A stretch of DNA of 63,212 nt, the filler included, from Asterionella formosa (lineage: Eukaryota), in NCBI GenBank assembly GCA_002256025.1. It is 24 parts of 24 records of this genome, joined end to end, with 100 filler letters (N's around TTAATTAATTAA, not from the genome) between each part and the next. Parts side by side here need not be neighbours in the genome. Positions count along the whole stretch, not along the records: positions 24,355 to 25,478 come from NKIB01004169.1; positions 25,579 to 43,657 come from NKIB01004170.1; 22 more parts are not named here. One strand, given 5' to 3'. The translations under genes and the position numbers were made by a program. The notes beneath the pieces were generated by a model. It was not told the DNA's origin, did not search any database, and saw only the letters and a program-made list of their open reading frames with translations. Below are positions 24,355-37,703 of this stretch, piece after piece (position 1 is the stretch's first letter; each line of letters opens with the position of its first letter).

Positions 24355-25478
24355 TCAATCGGAGCATTTGTAGCTGGAGTGCTGGTGCCAACAGGAGCAG
24401 CAGTTGTGGAAACAGGAGCATCAGAAACCGCAACAGGAGTAATAGTTCCAGATCCTGATGGCTGAGATGATGGTGATAGTGTTACTGGAGCTTGAGTAAT
24501 CGGATCCATTGTGGCGACAGGGGCTAATGTAATTGGACTGTTAGTAGCAGGAATCACTGGAGCAGCAGTTGTGGGTACCTCAGTATTTACCACTGGAGGA
24601 TTCACAGGAGTCGCAGAGCTTCCTTGTTCAATCGGAGCATTTGTAGCTGGAGTGCTGGTGCCAACAGGAGCAGCAGTTGCGGAAACAGGAGCATCAGAAA
24701 CCGCAACAGGAGTAATAGTTCCAGATCCTGATGGCTGAGATGAGGGTGATAGTGTTTCTGGAGCTTGAGTAATCGGATCCATTGTGGCGACAGGGGCTAA
24801 TGTAATTGGACTGTTAGTAGCAGGAATCACCGGAGCAGCAGTTGTGGGTACCTCAGTATTTACCACTGGAGGATTCACAGGAGTCGCAGAGCTTCCTTGT
24901 TCAATCGGAGCATTTGTAGCTGGAGTGCTGGTGCCAACAGGAGCAGCATTTGTGGAAACAGGAGCATCAGAAACCGCAACAGGAGTAATAGTTCCAGATC
25001 CTGATGGCTGAGATGAGGGTGATAGTGTTTCTGGAGCTTGAGTAATCGGATCCATTGTGGCGACAGGGGCTAATGTAATTGGACTATTAGTAGCAGGAAT
25101 CACTGGAGCAGCAGTTGTGGGTACCTCAGTATTTACCACTGGAGGATTCACAGGAGTCGCAGAGCTTCCTTGTTCAATCGGAGCATTTGTAGCTGGAGTG
25201 CTGGTGCCAACAGGAGCAGCAGTTGTGGAAACAGGAGCATCAGAAACCGCAACAGGAGTAATAGTTCCAGATCCTGAAATTTGAGATGATGGTGATAGTG
25301 TTACTGGAGCTTGAGTAATCGGATCCATTGTGGCGACAGGGGCTAATGTAATTGGACTGTTAGTAGCAGGAATCACTGGAGCAGCAGTTGTGGGTACCTC
25401 AGTATTTACCACTGGAGGATTCACAGGAGTCGCAGAGCTTCCTTGCTCAATCGGAGCATTTGTAGCTGGAGTGCTGGT
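24355..25478 (-). CDS. Internal fragment of a Pro/Thr/Ser-rich mucin-like protein made of 91-aa (273-bp) tandem repeats
   Basis: Open across the whole contig; ~4.1 near-identical units rich in TxAPV/TxAPI motifs. Confidence 0.85.
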
Positions 25479-25578
25479 NNNNNNNNNNNNNNNNNNNNNN
25501 NNNNNNNNNNNNNNNNNNNNNNTTAATTAATTAANNNNNNNNNNNNNNNNNNNNNNNNNNNNNNNNNNNNNNNNNNNN

Positions 25579-28500
25579 TGCGCACATTGCAATGGTGTTA
25601 TCTGTGTAACTACAAATTTCGGAAGAACAAATCCCCATCTGAGTCTCACAATCGAAATTGTAGCAACCGTGTTTTTTATGCATATGGTCACTGTCGACAT
25701 TGCATACAGGAACATCGAGTTTCTGGAATACATAGTGAAACTATGTATTGCGGTAGTGCATCTAATCATTCAAGGAAAGAAGTTAATGATGGCAGTGTAA
25801 CTGCTGCAGCATTTAGGGAGAGTAGACAACAAGAAGAGATTATGTGTCCTACTATCCTTGAATCAAGTGACCACAATCATCCACTTCATGACGACAGCGA
25901 CGATTCAGTTTATAACAATATTCAGTCACAACAGGACGAACAATTGAGACTTAAAACTCTCCAAGGGTTGAATTCAGAGACCATGCAATATTCAGATTTC
26001 CAAGATCACACCGGCTTTCTCCCTGAAAATGCAATGGAAATGCCCCTTCCTCCTCAATCTCAACTTCCAAGTAAACATTCTCTGAACATGCATCCAATTG
26101 AATTAGAACTCATTTTATTCCTCAACGAGAATTATCTTCCACCAGTTTACTTTGATCATCTAATGAAATGGCTGTCCAAGGCCAAAGCAATGAAATATTT
26201 TGATAGAAGGCAGGTATCAAGCTCCATCCTACCAGACTTTGAAAAAACGCATGGATATTTCATTTCCACCAACATTAGCTGGTGGTCAACTGTTGACCAA
26301 ACAAATAAAGATTGATAACAATTCAAATATGATCATCCCACGCACACTCTATTATTATTTCGAACCAGTACAGCTCATGGCAGGATTGCTACGTGATTCC
26401 GATATCATGCAACATTTTGTATGTCACCCACAAGTGAAAGTTACAACTTGTGGAGAACGCATATATGACGAAGTAACTTCTGCTACTTGGTTTGAAAATG
26501 CATTCAACAATTCTCCTGCATCAGAAAATGGAGTGTTGAAGACAGGGTGTTTATTTGTTGCCCTAGCAGTTTTCAGTGATGGTAAGGGCTCACCCCTATT
26601 GATAAACAAGCAAATGAAACATTCCGAGCATCCGTTTTTGCTGACAATGTTAAACTTAACGTTAGAAGGAAGAAAAAAAGTTGATGGATGGCAATTGGTT
26701 TGCATCTCTTTTGCCAGACATTAAAGTCAGTGATCTGGAGAAGCAAATGAATAATAAGTTATCCGGTGACAACTTGTCCTTATGTAGACTCAAATTATAT
26801 CATTCTGTTACAGGATTTCTATTGTCGAAAGCCTTTCGAAGATCCAAACAAGTCATACGATATTTGGGTTCATGGTCTTGGTACGACAAAAGTTTATTTC
26901 CAGATTAGAATGATCATTGGTGATACAGAAGAACACAATAAAATTTGTGGCTTCAGGGGTGGTAATGGATTATATTGACGATATGTTTGTCGTGATTGCC
27001 TGGTTTCAACTGAGGATGCTGATAATCCTGATATTGGATGTGAACGTCGTAAAGTGTCAGATGTTAAAAAGGTTTTAAACCAATTTCTTGACAAAAATGC
27101 ATATCCCGATGGAAAATTACCATGTATCCCACCTGAGTATTGTGTCTCCCAATCTAATGGCAAATACGCAACAGCAAACGAGTGGTGCCGTGTTATATCG
27201 CATAATCCTATTATGCCCGCACTAATAAATCATTTTTTTGGTGGTAACTTAGAAGGATTATTTGGTGCAACTCCATTTGAGGTTCTTCATCAATTACTAC
27301 TTGGAATATTTAAGTAGCTACATTTTGGAATCTTTGTACAATTATCGGACTATCCCTGAAGAATGGACATGTTTTTTAAAGAAAGAAATTCTCAAGATAT
27401 TCCATAGAAATCTTTATACAATTATCGGACTATCCCTGAAGAATGGACATGTTTTTTAAAGAAAGAAATTCTCCAGATATTCCATAGAAATCTTTATACA
27501 ATTATCGGGACTATCCCTGAAGAATGGACATGTTTTTTTAAGGAAAAAAATCTCCAGATATTCCAGAAAACATCTCCCATCATAAACGTAACACTGAAAC
27601 AACAGACTCTGCTTTTCTTGATCAAGAGCAACCGAAGAAACGGGCAAAAACCAAAAAGGAGCGACAAACGCACCAGTTACCAAAAATATCTACACTGGCA
27701 AAAATCAAGACCCAACACTTGTACCAGCACCAGAAATGTATTTTCGAAACTATACTTCGAACAAAGTGCTAGATATAGCTACTATCAATAGACATTTGGA
27801 AAGGCAAAGCGATCGTGATATTCCAAAATTGTCATACAGATCTGGGATGACAGCTTTGTCGAAAATGTCAGGGCAAGAAATTCCCGGATTATGTCTGTTA
27901 ACCATTTTTTCAATGGGTGGAATGATGGGTTCAGAGAACATGCACGTAGAAAAGGATTTCACATAGCTGTTAAAGTTATGTATATCTATCAGTGACACTT
28001 TATTCATACCACAATATACATCAACATGTATTGATATTTTAGAGGAAAGGGTGAAGAGATTTATGTCAGTTACTAAGATTATGATTGGTCCCCAACGGGA
28101 AATGATATCTCAAATTGGCTTACGAATGGCGAAATTTCATGGAATGAAACATTACGCTCATCTGATTAGGAAGTTCGCTCTGATCTCCTCTTAATTTCTT
28201 TGGTGGATATTTGGAGTCTTTTTTGAAAGACAAATTGAAACGACCCAGTATGCGTGTCAACGGACAATTACATCGATTAAAGCATGACATTTTAACAAGG
28301 TCATATGAAACAAGGCAGTTTGCCTTGGCACGAAAAATTGTTTTTGTAAGTGATTCATTACATACAGAAAACAAACAAAAGAAGATGAGTAGAGAAAATA
28401 ACATCAATGTAAATGAGGGTATTTCAACAGAAATTGATTTCGAAGGAATGATTCCGGATACAATGATGTTGCCTAGTAGGTCGCCTGAAAATTTGGGAGT

Positions 28501-29295
28501 ATCGCCTACCAAAATCCATTCACCAGCCCTTCCTGTTAAAGTTCAATTTTCTGCTTCATCGTCAAATGGTCTATGGACTATAGCAGGTGTCCCTAATAAG
28601 ATTGAGCATGTATCACGGAGTAAGGATGCACCCTTGTCTCAATTGGTTCATCCTGATTTACTGAAGGGGGCCAACTACGTAAAGAGCATTGCGAATTCAG
28701 CAATAGAAATAGCAAGAATAAAAAGTCTTGAAGATGGGGTTGGGCCTGTTTCCATTGTAAGGATTGACTTTTATTATCATGTTCAAATTGAAAGTAATGT
28801 AGCGTTCCCGGCCAAACTACTATTTTCAGATGCCATCCGAACTGGAATAATGATTCAAAGGCAGGAATCTCTGGTCGTGAATGGTTTGACTGGGTTGAAG
28901 TGAACTGGGAGAAGGGAGATGGATCAAGTTCCTACACAGTTCCTGCAAAACTACTTCTTTGGGGAAATGTTATTTTCTCCAACACAACAACCATTCTCTT
29001 AGCGTGTATTCGTTCCTTGAAAAGTTCAACTGAAATGAAAATTCATAAATGTATGTGTTTTGCAAGAGGAGACACCTTATGCAATGATACAACTGAATTG
29101 AGCGTTGTTGAATTTCATAACATACTTTCGGCAGCATTTGTTGTTCGTGCTTTGAAACCACAGGAATCAAGGAAATCTCTGAAACCGCAAGAAGTTTTGG
29201 ATCAGATACGGAAAGATAATTTTTATGTTGCCATGCCTCCACGTCATTTATGGAGATCAATCGGGTGGGACCAAAAACTAACAAGCAAACGTTGA
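25579..29295 (+). pseudogene. Plavaka-type transposase, multiply frameshifted
   Basis: Cys/His-rich N-terminus followed by RIYDEVTSATWF, ALAVFSDG, HPFLLTMLNL, IIGDTEEHNKICG, CRDC, TPFEVLHQLLLG and KMSGQEIPG across shifting frames. Confidence 0.75.
27331..27565 (+). repeat. 80-bp tandem triplication inside the Plavaka ORF
   Basis: TCTTT(G/A)TACAATTATCGG starts at 27331, 27411 and 27491. Confidence 0.95.
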
Positions 29296-30724
29296 TAAAT
29301 ACACAAGAATAAAATAAATGATAATGGTAACAATATAGTTTCGCATACTTAATTGGTTATTATGAGGTTTTCACAAACTGAAATGTCCTGAGGAATGATG
29401 AGATTGGATGATCCCAATGGTCCATTATTTGTTCTTTTTCACTTCCAAAGAACCTAAGATGGTCCTTCTCGTTTCGTCCGAAATTTTGCTTCTCCACTTT
29501 TCAACTGCAGTTCCATATGAGTCTGTAAAATTTTTTAATTTGATTCCAAAAGGGCTATCATCAGGTTCAAAATATTTTTTCTAACTTTTTGTCAATTTTG
29601 ATGCATCCAGAAATTTGGCCAAGAGGTTGTAGCAACACCTGATTTTAAGATCATAGAACTTAAGACAACAGTTATCTAATAGTACAATGTCTTCAAAAAG
29701 CATAAAGAGGTTCATGGAAACAAGCGACATGTGGCAAATACTGCCAGTATAGAACAAAGAAGCAAGTACCAAAATGATTTAACAAAGAAAAAGCGAATCG
29801 ACCATTATCCAAAGGAACCCAATCGCATCACATCTCTGTCTGCATTGATCTTCTTAAATTTGAGGTCTTGATCAAGCGCAGAATTTTTCTTGAATATCTG
29901 TTCTTTTAGAAATGCAATAGTTTCTCTGCTTTCATGATGTTCTGGACAAATAGTGAGATATATTCTTTGGTTTTGCAACTTTTGAACAACCATTCCGACA
30001 TTTCCGCCGGTATTTTCATTCATCGCGTGAATTTGTTCATCGAATGAATGAGAATCACTGAGTTCTTCTTCATGATCAGCGATGTCCGGAGAACGAGCAA
30101 AATACGACACTGGATGGAACTGTGACTCTGTAGGAATAGAGTCTTCTTCCAGGAAGAACAACTGTTTGGGTTTTCTCTTCGAAAGCAATCTTTTCTTCTT
30201 TTCAATCTCTGCCACTATTGAATCGGCATACTTCATTATTTTTCTGGGGTATTATGAATCTGTTCAAATTCATCTGATCTTTGAGTGTATTCAAAGGAAT
30301 CTTCGATTGATTTCATAAGTTTCTTCATCTTCTTTTCCGAAAACATAAAGTCGCGTAGTGTAAATGACGGAATTAAGTCATTTTTCTTGTTTGACTGATC
30401 CTTTCCATAAAAATCCATGAAATGCCATTTGGAAAGTTGTCGAAGGGCCAGAAGACAATGATGTAAAACAGTGGAAGGGAAACACGGAGCTTTTTGCGGC
30501 GCTTGTGGAGGTGCAACTGGTGTGATGGCAACCGAGTGTAGTAATTGTTGAACAGAGCACAGTGTAATATGCATGTTGCGCCAGCGCAATGTTTACACAA
30601 TACATATATGTCTATAACAAGGAAAAAGACACAACGATGAACGTGATGGCTGGTTGTGGAGGATACCGGTATGTGATATGCATCAATCCATATCACAAAA
30701 CATTTTATGGTGATGTGCATATCA

Positions 30725-31440
30725 ACGCATCCATATACTTAGATCCTATTCACAATATAATACTATCATATTAGCTTTTTGCTCTTAGTGTATACAGTTA
30801 AAATCGAATATATATATATAAATTAAGTAATATACTTTATGATTTATTTATTCATTTTCTATGATGTATTGCTGTAATGTACTACACAAGTTGACAGTGT
30901 ACATACACACACGCTAAGCAGGTTTGAGGCTACGGACAGTGCTTCCAACGAGCGAATGACGATATGGGTACCAATTTTTTCAGCAGCAAACCACAATGAT
31001 GAAGGACTCTTGTCTCTCTATTGATGATGACACGGACACCGACTTATCCTGGAGCAAACAACAATGAAGAGAGCCACTTGTCGCTCAATTGATGGTAACA
31101 AAAATGCGGACAAGATCAACAGTGAATACAAGAACAACATACCAATGAAAACAAGTCGACAGTGTCTGTACGCACACGCTAAGCAGGTTTGAGGCAACGG
31201 ACAGTTCCAACAAGCAAATGACGATACGGATATCAAATTTTTCCTGCAGCAAACCACAATGATAATGACAAAGGACATTCGTCCCTCTATTGTTGATGAT
31301 ACAGATACCAGGCGGGTTTTCCATGAGCAAACAACAATGAAAAGAGCCACTTGCTTTTGCTCTCTTGATGGTATCAAAGATGCGGACAAGTTCAATAGTA
31401 AATACAAGTACAGCATGCCAAATGCGGAAACGAGCGATAT
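30725..31440 (+). repeat. Dispersed repeat with internal ~270-bp tandem unit; inverted relative at 52318-53439
   Basis: CACGCTAAGCAGGTTTGAGGC occurs twice (~30910, ~31175) and GAGCAAACAACAATGAA.AGAGCCACTTG twice (31052, 31325); reverse complements lie in 52318-52970. Confidence 0.85.
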
Positions 31441-33133
31441 GAAAATGAAATTTTAATCAGAATCATTCTATAACTATAGCTATGTGGACAGTAGTCTGTT
31501 ACGCACATTTTCGTATCTCCTTCTATGCTGAATCTCAATAGTAGAAGTAGTATTATGTGAGAATTGAAAATGTCAACGAGAACAAGTAGAATGTGTTTGT
31601 TTACGGGTTGATTGGCAAGATTGTAATGCTGGTGGTCGACGAAACGGATTTAGTATGTTCGCTGTGTGCGGAACCATTACAAGTTCGAATGATTTTTTCT
31701 CTGTAAACTCTTAATTGAATGATTATGAACAAAGGTTCACTGCACATGACGATTACTCAAAGATATAATGATCACTTGACCAACAATTGAAGACGTTATC
31801 GCAAACAATCATTCCACTTGTCATCGCTATTATTTCGTTGTTGTTGCAAAAATCGGAGTGATGACGAGCCAAATTACATTTCTTTAGCTGGTATATTATC
31901 TTACCGAGAAATTCAAATACAGGAATCTAATAGAAACAATACTTATAATAATTAAATATATGTAGTCAAAAGGGTTACTATTCAAATTACAAGGGCATTT
32001 ATCAAAATTATTAGATGATACAACGAAAAATTATGATCAGATGATCACAATCCTATGATGCATCATGGGAATGTGATGGTTTTTATTTGCAGATGCAGAT
32101 ACATCAAAGAAAATGCTCTTGTTGTCAAAGGTAAGGAACTAGTACAATGACAAAAGGAAATCTAATGAGACATGAAAATTACAAAACCAGAATCACTCTG
32201 TTACTATCACGCTTTGGTTCCTTCGAACAGAATAGGTGTGGCTGTGGCACCAAGACCAATCAGCGCCACTTGGAGTGCATCTGTGGTTTCCCAGTTTGTT
32301 CTCATGAGGGTTGTGTAGTGGTGACAAAAGGAAACTTGATGGTTGTCTTCATTCACTAAAGCAAATATATTGAACATGGTGTGGTGGACGATTTTCTGAT
32401 GATCTGTGCCTGTAACTGCCTAGTTTATTTTTTTGGCAAAACCGTGATAGACTGTGATAATCTTCAAATTTAGGGTTATCTTGTTCTGAAAGAACTGTTT
32501 TCCATGCTTGGTTTAGAATTATTGTTAAGTAATAGATCTGAATTTTTATCTATAGCCTATAAATTTTTTGCACAGCTTTGGAATTGACTTAGCTAGCTCC
32601 CATGATTGCTATCCTAATCTCAGCTTAAGTCTGCTCCATCTGGGTTTCAAGTGCGCGTTTTGTGCACACACCTGTTTCCCTCCTCTATAATTATTAAGGT
32701 ACCTGGTACCAGGTACCCCCTGGTACTGCATTGCTTACTCCGGAGTATGTAGCTAGAAAGAAGCAATGCCGTACTGAAAGACGCAGTTCATCCTGGCTGC
32801 ACGTTTGTACCATGTAGCTTCTACAGCTGTGTCGTATACAGGTAATACGATTCCCTTCCTGTTGATCAATAAAATTGTGGCCCTGGAAGTGGGCGGATAG
32901 TTTAACCCTACCGCCTGTAGAGTTTGTACTGGCAAGGAGTGGGATTGATTTCCAACCTATTCACGATACTACCAGGTCACAGGTAACTAAAGTAATCGAT
33001 ACTCCACCACAGTACTGTGCAGGCATACGTAGACCTTTTGGGGCAGCAAAGGACCTGCGAGCTAGAACATGCAGGCATCTCCTTGTTCTCACTCGATCAA
33101 TCGATCGAGGCATTGAACCCCGCGATTCATACA

Positions 33134-34516
33134 ATGAGTGCCTTCTTCACCATGATGGGTGACTTTTTCGGAGGTAGAGTGCCTCTACCTCCTCCGCCCG
33201 TCGCTATACAGTCTCCGGAGAGTGCTTCATCGAATTCTGCAAAGAAACGATCCAGAGAAGGACAAGGTAAAATTTCAGGTAGCAGAACGCCAACGCTCGT
33301 ATTTTCACGACAAGATGACGAACGCCCTTGGAAGAAACTTCGTGGTGATCATAATGCTGTTCCTGTTCCATTGCCTGATATAGTCGTAGTGACACACGAG
33401 AGTCAGCTCCAAAGTAGTCTGCTGCGAATGATTCCAGACGAAGTTGTTGGGCACTGCCTATCATTTTTGGGATCAACAGAACATCGTTTCGCCCTTCAAA
33501 CCACCTGTCAACAATTTCATCGAATATCTAACAGTGATGCGATGCTAGTGGGTGTAACACTGGGGGGAGATACGGAAACAGAAAGGAATGGTATTATTCA
33601 AGAGCACGATACTGCTGCCACTGCAGCTGCTGCATTGACGCCTTTCGCGCGGGCCGGCAATCTAGAGGCTGTGTATATGTGAGTACAAAACATACGTAGA
33701 CTGTACCAAAGGACAATTCTTCCTTGCATCGCCATAAAATGTGTCCGCTTTCACAATTTATCATTCAGATGCTTTTGAATGACTCCACAACATGTGCTAT
33801 GGCAGCTCTTCTAAATCAGCTCACTGACTGTTTATGAACACCTTGCATACAGGTTGGGTATGATCAAAAGTTATTGCCATCAGGATGTTGAAAGAGGCAT
33901 CTTTTTACTCAAACTAGCAGCCAAACGCGGATATGTTCGTTCAAGCTACACTCTGGGCCTCATTCTCAGAGATTCCATGCCAGATGAAGCAAGCAGACAC
34001 ATGTCGATTGCTGCCGAAAAAGGATACTTGCCAGCATTACAAGAAATTCTTCCAGCTCGTGAAATGAAAGCCAAGTATGGTGAGCCAAAGGCCATGGAAT
34101 TGAAAAAGTTTTTGGATCCAAGCTGTCTGAACCGACTCCTTGGTCGTCACTATCTTCACTGCTCTCTCTTACGCGAAGTCAATACAAGCCACTGCTGGAA
34201 CCCTTTCTGTGGACGATGGGCTTTCAAAGCCCAAGTTTCTGCAAATGGCACACCACTTCGCCTTCGACGACCATTTAACTTTGCTTATTTTCGGAATGAT
34301 CAAGGCATTCTTGTTGCTCACAACGATTCTACAGTCTGTTTAAATGGAGGTCATTCTATTGGTATGAAAAATTCTCCCATGAACAATCCAATGGATTTGC
34401 GAGTGTCGAGAATGAAAATGTGCAGCAGATGCTGCCGTGCAAAATATTGTAGCAAGCTTTGCCAGGTCTATGATTGGAGATCAGGGCGGCACAAAATGGA
34501 GTGCCAGTTCCTGTAG
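33134..34516 (+). CDS. F-box / Sel1-like / MYND zinc-finger protein; exons 33134-33678 and 33853-34516, ~402 aa
   Basis: F-box-like LLRMIPDEVVGHCLSFL; Sel1-like AGNLEAVYMLGMI..LLKLAAKRGY; split MYND (HCWNPFC...CSRCCRAKYCSKLCQVYDW..RHKMEC). A 174-bp GTGAGT...ACAG intron restores the frame. Confidence 0.88.
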
Positions 34517-34749
34517 TGATCATGTCTTTGGGTGCAGACCATCAGACATCTAAAAGAAAGAAAAGAACAGTACATACGAAATAAGAAGTATCAAATTGGG
34601 ATAACAAAAGGAGCTGATTACAAGCGAAGGAACATGATATAGTAATAAGCATGACTTGAAAGCAATTGTATTTAAATTTCTAACTAATAACTAAGTCTAT
34701 TATTAAATGACGAGTGGAGTTGTTTCAATTTAATGAATGTTAGAGCTGG

Positions 34750-34750
<1 letters not shown>

Positions 34751-34809
<59 letters not shown>

Positions 34810-34875
34810 GGGGGGGCGGNNNNNNNNNNTTTTTATTTAAAATTCTGTTACGCCCGGCCCCCCCCCCCCCCCCCT
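34751..34875. other. Poly-G / 10N / poly-C scaffold junction, probable sequencing artefact
   Basis: A ~58-G run and a C run flank a 10-N gap. Confidence 0.75.
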
Positions 34876-35087
34876 ACACTACTGCCTATGCCTTGCAGCA
34901 TGACTCTCACCTTCTTGCTAACCCTGATATACCAAGAACTATGAGAGATCCCACTAGTTTGGGTATACAAACCTGTATCTCGAGCACTCCTGTGAGACAA
35001 CATTATTATTTTACATCGATGTCAGTATAGTACTCCGAGTAGGCCGCAATGATTTTTGAAGTCTACGCATTGTTATGTTATACTCTT

Positions 35088-35930
35088 TTATGCAGTTTCG
35101 ATGCTGAAGCTCGATCTCACCCTCTTCAAATCGGCGCTGGCTTGCTTCCATTGAAATTTGTCACATTCTACCGCAATCACAAACAAATTTCCATCTATCA
35201 GCGTAGCAGATAACAAATAAATGGAGTCAAAAGGGCAAAATCCAAGCCCTAGATTTTCCGAGCTATCCGAGCAAGTCTTAGGAGCCGCTGCCAAATCGAA
35301 TTCAAAGTACGTTTGTTCTCCTTTATTTCTTCTTCTTCCGCCGATCAGATCCGCGTTTCTTATTGGAAACAGACCATCCGTTACGGCAAGAGCTTTACCG
35401 ACACCAATTGTCGTGGCCCTGTCGAGTTGGCTGGCTTGGACCTTTCCAGATGCTTGATAGACTGTGATGTGAGTACACGCTGTCGCATTAGCAGACGAAT
35501 CCAGGTAGAGCTTGTCTCCAGTGCCCCATTTCGCTGGAACGTTGTAAGACAACTTGAATTGAGAACCTTCCGAACCGGCGGTTGTCACTCCATCAACATT
35601 TACTAACCCTAAATCAGAAGCATCCCATTTGAAGTCGATCACATGCTCCTGGGCTGCTTCGATTCGACCTGCCTTTAACGACCCATCGGCATTGAAGAGC
35701 TCGGTTGTCAAGCTTTGGTCATCATCGGCACTCACGGAACGACGAATAAATAGTGGCGACGATATAATAAAAGCAGCAACGAAACATCTTCGATCAATTA
35801 CATTTTCGCTGGAGTCAAGTAGCTGAAGCAGAGTTCGTTGTCGGAAGTGGAACTTGCTGACCTTGTTCACCGTTAGAAAGCCGAGACAACCAGGCAAAAT
35901 CAACGCGGCCAAGATTGATGGAATCAACAT
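35088..35930 (-). CDS. PsbP-domain-like thylakoid lumen protein with tripartite targeting, 280 aa
   Basis: Signal peptide ending CLG-F, basic transit peptide, twin-arginine DRRCFVAAF; PsbP-like C-terminus (YFEFDL...LKRVRSSFSI). Confidence 0.75.
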   Translation of the reverse strand: MLIPSILAALILPGCLGFLTVNKVSKFHFRQRTLLQLLDSSENVIDRRCFVAAFIISSPLFIRRSVSADDDQSLTTELFNADGSLKAGRIEAAQEHVIDFKWDASDLGLVNVDGVTTAGSEGSQFKLSYNVPAKWGTGDKLYLDSSANATACTHITVYQASGKVQASQLDRATTIGVGKALAVTDGLFPIRNADLIGGRRRNKGEQTYFEFDLAAAPKTCSDSSENLGLGFCPFDSIYLLSATLIDGNLFVIAVECDKFQWKQASADLKRVRSSFSIETA

Positions 35931-36368
35931 CGCGAGGTCAATTTTTTGTTGCAAGATGAAAGGGCAAATGGCCTTTGGATCATGCCTCCACTTTTATCTC
36001 AGCACTGCACATGGAGCACTTCAGCCACATTTCCACACTCGAACAAGCAGATGTCGGGGCAATTACAAAACGTTGTACACTGCAGAATTAAAATATTGTA
36101 TGCTAATCCTCTATTTATTCCTCCCGATTTTGACTCCATCGAGAATGCGGGGGTATATATCATTGACAAAATTGTTGAGTAATTTTCTCTATGAAAAATT
36201 TAGGAAGCATTTCTTCTGCCCCTTCCCCATAACAGCAAGAGGAGCACACCGAGAAATGCCCGCTCCAGTTATCGTGTTGGATTTAGGTTCTATGTAAGTA
36301 CCGGTAATTCGGCACATCGAAGTTCTTTTCGGCGATAATTTTGTACCAGGTATCTGGAAGACTACCTA

Positions 36369-36582
36369 CAAGTTGCGGTCATTTTGCTTAAACTAACAAT
36401 TTAATCTGGGATAAAGATAGCTAAATGTTTAGTTTCAGCAAAATTACCGCAACTTGCTGGTACCCTGCTATCAGTGTACTCAGGTATAACCGTGGAAGTT
36501 GCGTTAATTTTGCTCAAGCTAAACGTTTAGCTATCTTTAACCGATATTTAATTGTTAATTTAAGCAAAATTGCCCCAACTTG
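36369..36582. mobile_element. Two oppositely oriented copies of an ~88-bp mini-MITE (36369-36456, 36496-36582)
   Basis: TIR CAAGTTGCGGTCATTTTGCT / AGCAAAATTACCGCAACTTG (19/20 match); the core is inverted in the second copy. Confidence 0.75.
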
Positions 36583-37703
36583 CTGGTACTCCATCGGTCT
36601 AGTATTAGTTGCATCTACCGTTAAAACTCAAATTTATCTGGGGCCATTACGATTTCTACGATTTTCTCTGGCTCAATTGCCCTATTATGCGGCTAGCTCT
36701 AAACAACGGATTCTTGCATAAAATATATGCATAGAAACATAAAAATTTGCAACTACATTTGAAAAAAAGTTTTTCGGCTTTTTCGGCTTCCACTTTTGTG
36801 CATCTCGAGCGAAATGCAGATGCCTGACCCCCCCTTTTTTCTTGCCACCAGCCACCTCTTCTCTATCAGCTCCCCACATTGAATCAGCCATTATTGTTGA
36901 ATATTGAACGCAGCTTGCAATTATTCACATGCACATGTCTACATCAACATACCTGTAGATATTTTTTTACAGAAATTCTACCAAACATAATAATATGAAC
37001 ATGACATGATAGGAGACGTCCTAAATAGGAGCGAACTATCGGATTTTGTGATGCTGCATTGTATAAGTGTATAAATAAATGTACAATTTTTTGCGTTTTC
37101 GTTGCGTCTGTACCGGTACATTTACAGCAGAGTTTAGTTTCAGCTAGACTTTACAGGGTTCTTACTTAGACTTCCGCTATATCATAAAACTAAAATGGTG
37201 GTTATACACCGAATACCAGTAGTGAGTCAAACACAGTCGTGCGAATGTCGAGCGCTGGCGCAAGGAGAAAATACCTGGTAAGTCGATTTACTATCTAATT
37301 TAGCATGACTGACGAATGCACAACAACAGGACATCTGAATTTTTTTCACTTGCCTGCATTTATTGGTTCTCTAATACTAGCTAGTATAAAATGTGTACCT
37401 ACGATACTCGGAGCACATAATAAAATTGTGCACGGCAGTTGCAGACATCAAAAACTCCCCCGGTGACCTTGCTGTTACAACAAATAAATTTGCCTTTGTT
37501 GAAAACCCTGTCCGGAACCATATGCTTAAGGTAATGAATAGGATCCCAACATTCACTTATTCTCCAGAAGAATTGAGTCTCTCTCATCTGTAAGAAAGTT
37601 TATGAGTAGACTTTCGGTGCGACGGATGAACAACAATTCACGGACTGACGGCTTTCCCTTCGTTCCCCAGGATTGTTAATTTATTTGGTCAGCCTCAGCA
37701 ACA

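Noticed and set aside
24511..25530. Plus-strand 75-aa repeated ORFs
   Set aside because: Antisense shadows of the mucin-like repeat; the same applies to the short ORFs overlapping Ku80, the FG-GAP gene and BCAT.
34737..35030. Poly-Gly/poly-Pro ORF or G-quadruplex
   Set aside because: Homopolymers flank a 10-N gap, typical of a sequencing or scaffolding artefact.
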